Below, piece after piece: positions 50,884 to 57,963 of a stretch of 57,963 nucleotides of DNA. The notes below the pieces were generated by a model. That model saw only the letters and a program-made list of their open reading frames with translations. It was not told the origin of the DNA and ran no database searches. Position numbers and translations under genes: made by a program. Each line of letters opens with the position of its first letter. Positions within the stretch are counted from its first letter, which is position 1. The stretch lies in sequence record SRR31156797_979; one strand, 5' to 3'.

Positions 50884-51568
50884 ATTCGAATTTATACCCT
50901 ACTCCCCATAGGGTTTTAATATACTGGGGGGCATTTGCATTTTCCAACTTATGTCGTATTTTTCTGATATGGACAGTAACTGTACTTAGCTCTCCAAACT
51001 CCTCTTCGCCCCATACTGCATCATAAATCTGTTCTTTTGTGAACACTTGTCCATGGTGATTAGCCAAAAACCACAAAAGCTCGAATTCTTTGCCCTTGAT
51101 ATTAACTTGCTTATCATTGATTAATAAGGTGTGTTTCTTATAATCCATATGGAATCCGTTTTTTACTATAATATCATCATCATTTGAACTCTTTTCTGAC
51201 TGAATTCTGTATCTTCTAAGAAGTGCTTTAACATGAGCAACTACTACAGATGGACTATATGGTTTTGTGAGGTACTCATCTGCTCCTAATCCCAATGATA
51301 ATATCTTGTCAATATCTCCATCCTTTGCGCTAAGCATAATTATCGGGATATCAGACTTGTAACGCAGTTTCCTGCAAATTTCCATGCCATCATCATCAGG
51401 AAGCATAATATCTAGAATGACAAGGTCAGGATTCTCTCTGCCAAAGATTTCATAGGCTTGTTTACCATTAAAGGCTGCATACCCTGCAATCCCCTCTGCC
51501 TCCAAATAGTCTTTTACTATCAGAGCTAATTCCTTTTCATCATCGACTATGAGCACCTTTTTCTTCAT
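50876..51568 (-). CDS. OmpR-family response regulator
   Basis: LIVDDE, LDIMLP, GADEYLTKP, KEFELL, VTVHIRKIR, TLWGVGY. Confidence 0.95.
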   Translation of the reverse strand: MKKKVLIVDDEKELALIVKDYLEAEGIAGYAAFNGKQAYEIFGRENPDLVILDIMLPDDDGMEICRKLRYKSDIPIIMLSAKDGDIDKILSLGLGADEYLTKPYSPSVVVAHVKALLRRYRIQSEKSSNDDDIIVKNGFHMDYKKHTLLINDKQVNIKGKEFELLWFLANHHGQVFTKEQIYDAVWGEEEFGELSTVTVHIRKIRHKLENANAPQYIKTLWGVGYKFEYE

Positions 51569-51576
51569 CTTATTAC

Positions 51577-53916
51577 CTATTCTGCAATCAATTGTTTTGG
51601 TGATATTTTATCCAGTCTCTTGGTTGCAATTAGTGGTGCTGTGATTCCAATAATTATAAATAGAATAGAAATCAAAATACATCCCTTAACGTCACAAAGT
51701 ACAGGAATTCTAATAGTATAATATGGTGTCATTTTGAATATACCTGCCATAACGCTATTCATAGACAATATGTTCAGGATAAAGCCTATTACCATTCCTA
51801 TTAGAACAACCATAAGACTCCGAATTACCAGCATTCTACTGATAAACGCCTTGCTGAAACCAATTGATTTCATTATACCATATGTTTTAACAGAGTTGTT
51901 AATATCGATTATTGTTGCATTTAGCAGGCTAATCCCTCCTACCAATAAGAAAACAAATAGCATTATACTTGTCACCATTGGAAAGGCTTCCACTGTCATT
52001 AATAATGATGATACGTTGCCGTCGTATTTTGATACCCTAGAGTCCTCACCTGTTATATCCATTATCTGGCTTTCTATATCCTGTAGCATAATCTCATCAT
52101 TATCAAAGTAACCCCAAAAATATCCTTGGCTGCTTTGTAACCTATCATCATCTACATCTACTTTCTTTGAATATGAATATCCTCCATTTGATACCGAACT
52201 GTAGATTCCTGTAACTAGATATTCATTATCTCCATCATTATTCAATATAGTAATATAATCTCCAACACCTCTTCCAGAATCAATAGACGCATAATCACTT
52301 ATTACGATTTCATTATCATTGACTGCTGGTCTACCCTCAGATAATATAACGTGGTCTTCAAAATTACCAGCTACTAATAGACCTACAATAGAATGAGATA
52401 TACCATCTTTTGCAGTAAAACTCTCTGATAAAGAACTAGCCTGGAAAATCACATCACTGACTCCTTCTATATCTTTTATTCCCTTTATCATATCATCCAA
52501 ATCTTTGTTTTCGTCTATTTGTACTGCAAAGTCACCTATATCCAATCCGAACATATTCGATGCAAAGTGTTTTTCCGAACCTATTGTAGTTCCAATATTT
52601 CTAATCAGATATCCACCATATGCAAGCATAATCAAGAGCAAAATCAAAGACAATGTTTTTCTGGAATTGCTAAGAATATGTTTAATACTAAGTATTATGC
52701 TCAGAGGACTTCTTTTCCCATTAATTGAATATTTTGTTCTTCCGACTGTATGCTGGGCTCTGCCGTATTTTATTGCCTGCACAGGTTTTACTTTTACAGC
52801 CTTTTTGGTAGCCAAAAATGTAAATAAAGCAAGCAGAGAGATAATAGTCAGGAGATTGATAAACAAAAAGATATCTATGGAAGAATTAATACTAAGCTGC
52901 AAATCATAATTGATACTTTTATTGATTAGGTTTCTTATGGGCAAAGCACATAATCCTCCAAGTAATGCTGAGATGATTCCTATTATGCAATATACTAGAA
53001 GTAAACTTCCTCTTATCTGCTTCACTTTATAACCAATCGCTTTTTGCACGCCTATCTGTCTGTATTTCTGTCGAATTATATTCTGAATCGTGCTTCTTAT
53101 AATTAATACAACCACTAAGAAAATAACACCAGACACTGCTATAAGTATACCTGCTATAATTGAATATATAATACTGTAAGTTAATTTAATATCATTATAG
53201 CCTATTAGTATAGAACTTATTATTCCGTCATACTCTGATGTAAATTCTTCAAATAATTTAATATCATTGATGTTTTCTACATCATGATATTTTACCTCAA
53301 TAATCTGCATCTGATTCGTTATATTATTGTCACTAAAAAAACCCGAAGCAACAAAGCATCTGCTGGGTGAAATAAACGGATTACTAAACTGCGGATCTAC
53401 AACAAGCTGAGATATCGTCAAAACTAATTCTTTACCATTGCAGACTATTATTACTGTGTCCCCAATCTCTAGGTTATGATTATTAGCATAATTATAGTTC
53501 ATTATTATATCGTCATTCTTAGGCGGTTCAGCAATGGTGTTCTCATCAATATAGAGAATATCATAAACATCATTATTATATTCTGCTACAAACATCCATG
53601 TCGCATCTTCTTCATCATTTTCACCGTGTTTACAGGTTAACATATCTGCTTCATACACTAATACACCTTCAACTTCATCCCGATTATTGTACCAGTCAAT
53701 AATTTGTTCATTGCAGCTGCTTCTCTCTACAATTGTGACTATTGTCTCCCCTGCATTTGCTCTGTGCATCATTTCCTCAAATGGACTATTCTGGATGACC
53801 ATAGAAATACCTAGATAGAGCAAACCTGAAACAAGAAATATTATTATCCCTATCAGCACCGTTTGTGCTTTTTTCTGCTTGATAGCTGCAAATGCACTCT
53901 TTAATACGATATACAT
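51577..53916 (-). CDS. FtsX/MacB-type ABC exporter permease (two FtsX halves)
   Basis: IGVQKAIGY and YGIMKSIGF repeats, two large extracellular loops, ILSEGRPA...EIVIS. Confidence 0.88.
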   Translation of the reverse strand: MYIVLKSAFAAIKQKKAQTVLIGIIIFLVSGLLYLGISMVIQNSPFEEMMHRANAGETIVTIVERSSCNEQIIDWYNNRDEVEGVLVYEADMLTCKHGENDEEDATWMFVAEYNNDVYDILYIDENTIAEPPKNDDIIMNYNYANNHNLEIGDTVIIVCNGKELVLTISQLVVDPQFSNPFISPSRCFVASGFFSDNNITNQMQIIEVKYHDVENINDIKLFEEFTSEYDGIISSILIGYNDIKLTYSIIYSIIAGILIAVSGVIFLVVVLIIRSTIQNIIRQKYRQIGVQKAIGYKVKQIRGSLLLVYCIIGIISALLGGLCALPIRNLINKSINYDLQLSINSSIDIFLFINLLTIISLLALFTFLATKKAVKVKPVQAIKYGRAQHTVGRTKYSINGKRSPLSIILSIKHILSNSRKTLSLILLLIMLAYGGYLIRNIGTTIGSEKHFASNMFGLDIGDFAVQIDENKDLDDMIKGIKDIEGVSDVIFQASSLSESFTAKDGISHSIVGLLVAGNFEDHVILSEGRPAVNDNEIVISDYASIDSGRGVGDYITILNNDGDNEYLVTGIYSSVSNGGYSYSKKVDVDDDRLQSSQGYFWGYFDNDEIMLQDIESQIMDITGEDSRVSKYDGNVSSLLMTVEAFPMVTSIMLFVFLLVGGISLLNATIIDINNSVKTYGIMKSIGFSKAFISRMLVIRSLMVVLIGMVIGFILNILSMNSVMAGIFKMTPYYTIRIPVLCDVKGCILISILFIIIGITAPLIATKRLDKISPKQLIAE

Positions 53917-53917
53917 A

Positions 53918-54676
53918 CTACCACCCCTTGCTCATAATAAAGTCAAATACTTGTTTCTCTCTGTCCTCTACCCTATCGGTTTCGAATTGGCTTAGTTTCA
54001 GTTCGCCATCTATTTTCCCATCTTTGATATAAAGCAATCTATTCGCCCTAGATGCGGCTTTGATATCATGAGTTACCATCAGAATGGATTGATTTTGTTC
54101 ATGTACATTTGTCAGCAGCTCCAGAACCATTTCACTCATTGTCGCATTTAATGCTCCTGTAGGCTCATCTGCAAATATCAATTTCGGCTTATTAATTAGG
54201 CTCCTGACTATTGCTACACGCTGCTTTTGACCTCCTGATAGCTGTGAAGGATATTTATCGGCATGTTCAATGATATTGACATCCTCCAGCAGCTTTGTGC
54301 ATCTGTTATCTACGGCTTTTCTGTCCTTATTCGCCAGATAACCAGACATAGCAATATTCTCAAAGACAGTAAAATCATCCAGCAGATTTGGTTCCTGAAA
54401 AATGAATCCAATATCATTGCGGCGAATTTGGGTCATCTCTCTTTCTTTAAGTTTATCTATCCTTACATCACCAAACATAATCTCACCTGATGTAACAGTG
54501 TCTATTCCGCTAAGCATATACAGCAAAGTAGATTTACCTGCACCTGATGCTCCCATAATAACAGTAAAATCACCTTTATTTATTTCAATATTTAGATTCC
54601 TGATAGCGTGAGTTGATACTTGACCATTTGCAAAAGTCTTGCATAGTCCTTTCCCCTCTAATAAAATATCATTCAT
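53918..54676 (-). CDS. ABC transporter ATP-binding protein (LolD/MacB-like)
   Basis: GASGAGKS, IGFIFQ, LSGGQKQR, FADEPTGAL, VTHD. Confidence 0.95.
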   Translation of the reverse strand: MNDILLEGKGLCKTFANGQVSTHAIRNLNIEINKGDFTVIMGASGAGKSTLLYMLSGIDTVTSGEIMFGDVRIDKLKEREMTQIRRNDIGFIFQEPNLLDDFTVFENIAMSGYLANKDRKAVDNRCTKLLEDVNIIEHADKYPSQLSGGQKQRVAIVRSLINKPKLIFADEPTGALNATMSEMVLELLTNVHEQNQSILMVTHDIKAASRANRLLYIKDGKIDGELKLSQFETDRVEDREKQVFDFIMSKGW

Positions 54677-54732
54677 AATCTTTCCCTTTCAAATTAATAA
54701 TTAAATAATATCAAATAGTCAGATTAAAAGTC

Positions 54733-54759
54733 CTTAATTATTTCTTAAGTATTTATTAA
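54733..54759. promoter_or_regulatory. OmpR-type tandem direct repeat upstream of the ABC/two-component operon
   Basis: CTTAA-ttattt-CTTAA-gtattt-ATTAA with 11-bp period, about 60-80 bp upstream of the ATPase start. Confidence 0.5.
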
Positions 54760-54928
54760 CTGGAATATTTAAGTTAGTATTATCTATATTACAACAAACA
54801 ATAAATATATTTAGCTTTAATAGATAAAAAAAGCTGCTAAAGAAGCTGCTAAAAAATAATTATTATAAAGATTACTGTTTACAAATTCAAAATTTACTAT
54901 CTGTACTGTATTGAATCCTATTGCACTG

Positions 54929-55636
54929 CTATTTTTTTGTACCAGAGCTCTGTCCATAATAAGCATCTTTACCATGTTTTCTAAGGTAATGCTTATCTAA
55001 GATATATTGATCCATCTTTGATATTGGATTAATATTAAGTGTATAGTATGCCATTTCTGCACAGTACTCAAGCACCGCTGCATTCTCTACAGCTTTGTTG
55101 GCATCCTTACCCCACGTAAATGGTGCATGATTCGTAACTACTACACCTTGTATTGCAGTATGGTCAATATTAAGATTCTTAAATGTATCTACTATTTGTG
55201 TACCTGTATTTTTTTCGTAGCTCTCCTTTACCTGCTGTTTAGTCAGCTTAGGTGTACATGGAATATCACCATAGAAATTATCAGCATGAGTAGTACCAAG
55301 CGCTGGTATATCCTTACCAGCCTGTGAGAAAATTGTTCCCCACTTTGAATGAGTATGAACAACTCCACCTACTCCATCGAAATTCTTGTATATTTCAATA
55401 TGCGTTGCACTGTCAGAGGATGGTTTATATTTGCCTTCCACAACATTTCCATCCATATCAACAACAACCATATCCTCATATGTCATATTATCGTATGGTA
55501 CACCACTAGGCTTAATGACCATAAGGTTAGTTTCCTTGTCCAATCCGCTTGCATTTCCCCAAGTGAACAGAACAAGTCCTAAGTCTACCAGTTTGAGATT
55601 AGCTTCGCATACTTCTTTTTTTAATTGTTCAAGCAT
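54929..55636 (-). CDS. araD: L-ribulose-5-phosphate 4-epimerase
   Basis: LFTWGNAS, IKPSGV, KPSSDSATH, VHTHS, GTTHAD, KHYLRKHG. Confidence 0.96.
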   Translation of the reverse strand: MLEQLKKEVCEANLKLVDLGLVLFTWGNASGLDKETNLMVIKPSGVPYDNMTYEDMVVVDMDGNVVEGKYKPSSDSATHIEIYKNFDGVGGVVHTHSKWGTIFSQAGKDIPALGTTHADNFYGDIPCTPKLTKQQVKESYEKNTGTQIVDTFKNLNIDHTAIQGVVVTNHAPFTWGKDANKAVENAAVLEYCAEMAYYTLNINPISKMDQYILDKHYLRKHGKDAYYGQSSGTKK

Positions 55637-55638
55637 AA

Positions 55639-57099
55639 TTAACTCCAGATAATGTCACCTAATTGCAGTTTCATTCGTAAATCTTCTATAGTAGTTTCCT
55701 TGTTTATATGAACGCACTCAATTCCCATAATCTCTGCAAAATCTTTCATATGCTCTGCAGTCAAATCGTATGATAATACGCTATGGTGAGTACCTCCTGA
55801 TAATATCCATGCTTCATTTCCTGTTTTCATATCAGGCTCCGGCTTCCACATTGCACATGCTACAGGTAGGTTTGGCATATCCTTTTCTGGTGATACTGCA
55901 TTAATATCATGAACTATCATCCTGAATCTGCCGCCCATATCTACAAGTGTTACTAGTATTGCTTTGCCTGTTTTGCCCTTAAAGACAAGTCTGGCTGGCG
56001 CATCCTTGCCGCCTATTCCCAATGGATGAACCTGTATCTTTGGCTTGTCCTGAGCAATAGCTGGAGATACTTCAAGCATATGTGAGCCCAGAACTGCTTC
56101 ATTACCCTGCTCAAAGTGATAAGTGTAATCCTCAATAAAGGATAAGCCTTTTTCTAATCCCTGTGACATTTCAGTCATTACTGCTTCCAGTGCTGCCTGC
56201 TTCCAGTCTCCCTCGGCTCCAAAGCCAATTCCATTACCCATTATATTCTGGGAAGCTAAGCCAGGCAATTGGTCAAGCTCATAGAGGTCTTCAAAGCAAT
56301 CTGTATACGCATGAAATCCACCCATATCCAGCATACTTTGCATTGCTATCTCCATCTTTGCCTGATATTTTACTGAATCTAAGTTATCTGTATCAATATT
56401 ATACTTTTCATTATATTCAGATAGTTTCTCTTGAACTTGTGTATCAGTTACTTCTTTTACTCTATTCACAAGCTCACCTACACCATATGAGTTTACTGAC
56501 CAGCCCAAATCCTTCTCAGCTTGTATCTTGTCGCCTTCTGTAACTGCAACATATCTCATATTATCACCTAAGCGCATTACTTTGACTTGCTTAGAAAATA
56601 CTGCTCCAACTGCTGATCTCATCCAAGCACCCATACGTTCTCTCATATCCTTGTCTTCCCAGTATCCGCATATGACTTTCCGTTTCATTCTCATGCGTGA
56701 TGTAATAAATCCATGCTCTCTGTCACCATGAGCACTTTGGTTAGTATTCATGAAATTCATATCTATGGTATCGTATGGGATATTTCGATTAAACTGTGTA
56801 TTTATGTGTAGATATGGCTTATTTATTATGTTCAAGCCTGATATCCACATCTTAGATGGTGAGAATGTATGCATCCATGTAATAACACCAGCGCAGTCAT
56901 CGGCATTATTTGCTTGCTTCATCACATTGGTAATATCATCCGGTGTAGTCATTACACCCTTAAACTCTACTTTAAATGCGATTGCATCATCACTATTGAA
57001 TCCATCTGTCATTATCTGTCCGTGCTTTGCAACCTCTTTTAATACCTCTTCACCATATAGATGCTGGCTGCCAACAATAAACCAAAAATTATACTTCAT
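55639..57099 (-). CDS. araA: L-arabinose isomerase
   Basis: GSQHLYG, WMHTFSP, MNTNQSAHGDREHG, GFGAEGDWK, EDYTY, HMLEV, GGTHH. Start MKYNF after GGAGG. Confidence 0.96.
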   Translation of the reverse strand: MKYNFWFIVGSQHLYGEEVLKEVAKHGQIMTDGFNSDDAIAFKVEFKGVMTTPDDITNVMKQANNADDCAGVITWMHTFSPSKMWISGLNIINKPYLHINTQFNRNIPYDTIDMNFMNTNQSAHGDREHGFITSRMRMKRKVICGYWEDKDMRERMGAWMRSAVGAVFSKQVKVMRLGDNMRYVAVTEGDKIQAEKDLGWSVNSYGVGELVNRVKEVTDTQVQEKLSEYNEKYNIDTDNLDSVKYQAKMEIAMQSMLDMGGFHAYTDCFEDLYELDQLPGLASQNIMGNGIGFGAEGDWKQAALEAVMTEMSQGLEKGLSFIEDYTYHFEQGNEAVLGSHMLEVSPAIAQDKPKIQVHPLGIGGKDAPARLVFKGKTGKAILVTLVDMGGRFRMIVHDINAVSPEKDMPNLPVACAMWKPEPDMKTGNEAWILSGGTHHSVLSYDLTAEHMKDFAEIMGIECVHINKETTIEDLRMKLQLGDIIWS

Positions 57100-57115
57100 A
57101 TTATATTCCTCCAAC

Positions 57116-57963
57116 TCAAAATTTCTCTACAGCTTCTTGCTCAACTGATAGACATGATTGGTAACTTCCCAAAAATTCACTGAATCCTTTTGTATCTTCA
57201 GCATCTGGTTCCACTGTGGATATTTCAGCATCTGCAAACACCTTATCAGATAAGTAATCTGCAAGTGCTTCATCCTGCTTATTTATCATATATGAAGCAA
57301 GTATAGCCATTCCCCAGGGACCGCCTTCTCCAGCTGTTTTCATTACATTTACAGGTGCATTAAGTGCTGATGACATAATCCTTTGTCCAACGTATGCCTG
57401 CTTAAAAAAGCCTCCGTGACCTGTGATAGAATCTAGTGGGACACCTTCATTTTCCAATAGAATATTCATTCCAATTTTAAGTGAAGCTACTGCTGAATAT
57501 AAATGCGTACGTATAAAGTTTGAAAGGTTAAAATCCGGATTACTTTTTCTGATAAATAATGGACGTCCCTCTTCAAATCCTGTTATATGTTCACCAGATA
57601 AATAATTGAATGAGAGTAATCCACCACAGTCTGCATCACCTTGTAATGCATTGTTATATAGTTTGCTGTATAGTGTGTTGATATCGAATTCTGCTCCTAA
57701 CAAAGCTGCTGCTTCACCTAGCAGCTTCACCCATGCATCAATATCTCCAGAGCAGTTATTACAGTGAACCATCGCTACTGAATCACCTGATGGCGTTGTG
57801 ACTATATCTATTTCAGAATACAGTTTCTTTAGTGATTTTTCCAATACTACCATAGCAAATACACTTGTACCTGCACTAACATTGCCTGTTCTTGGTCTTA
57901 CAGCATTGGTTGCAACCATTCCTGTACCTGCATCTCCTTCAGGAGGGCACATTGGTATACCTG
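57116..57963 (-). CDS. araB: FGGY-family carbohydrate kinase (ribulokinase by context), 5' end outside the window
   Basis: PPEGDAGTGMVATN, NVSAGTS, HCNNC, GHGGFFK, EGGPWG. Directly upstream of araA. Confidence 0.8.
   Translation of the reverse strand, partial: GIPMCPPEGDAGTGMVATNAVRPRTGNVSAGTSVFAMVVLEKSLKKLYSEIDIVTTPSGDSVAMVHCNNCSGDIDAWVKLLGEAAALLGAEFDINTLYSKLYNNALQGDADCGGLLSFNYLSGEHITGFEEGRPLFIRKSNPDFNLSNFIRTHLYSAVASLKIGMNILLENEGVPLDSITGHGGFFKQAYVGQRIMSSALNAPVNVMKTAGEGGPWGMAILASYMINKQDEALADYLSDKVFADAEISTVEPDAEDTKGFSEFLGSYQSCLSVEQEAVEKF

Noticed and set aside
54831..54853. Direct repeat AAGCTGCTAAA x2 downstream of araD
   Set aside because: Only two copies; most simply a local slippage duplication, with no supportable function.
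6952..57114. ORF-track starts at 6987, 13048, 20261, 25074, 27086 (aguA), 30979 and 57114
   Set aside because: Downstream starts have better RBS or family-typical N-termini; the upstream ones overlap promoters, RBS sequences or neighbouring genes.
683..57605. Numerous 60-160 aa ORFs antisense to or overlapping the main genes (e.g. 29065-29556, 35773-36186, 52505-52909, 56750-57148)
   Set aside because: Shadows of well-supported genes, with no RBS or recognisable motifs.

Overview
AT-rich window from a low-GC Bacillota (Clostridia-like) chromosome, judged from the gene families, GGAGG ribosome-binding sites and sigmaA promoters. From left to right it holds: a CcdA-thioredoxin fusion; metY-metA behind a perfect sigmaA promoter with an Rrf2/CymR-like operator; a GNAT enzyme; an orphan lipoprotein; and a MerR-controlled MATE pump. 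Next is a ~25 kb minus-strand locus for importing and degrading glucurono-(arabino)xylan oligosaccharides inside the cell (GntR, uxuA, uxuB, GH3, GH67 aguA, SGNH esterase, YesN/YesM pair split by a GH8, ABC importer, GH43, GH2, uncharacterised DUF5060/DUF4038/DUF5605 protein). It is followed by a divergent GH105, a 1306-aa doubly anchored acidic surface protein with two duplicated beta-helix-like modules and MPEG repeats, and MscS. After that comes an island in which cysD-cysNC (PAPS synthesis) follow a GT-C-like membrane protein and face an epimerase plus GT2, with no sulfate-reduction or canonical sulfotransferase gene visible. The window ends with DUF697, a 4Fe-4S protein, an ABC exporter with a two-component system, and araB(partial)-araA-araD. 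I could not support any rRNA, tRNA, CRISPR array or transposase. The best candidates for undescribed biology are the putative surface-glycan sulfation island, the 1306-aa surface protein and the DUF5605 clan-GH-A-like enzyme. All family calls come from motif recognition by eye, not database searches.
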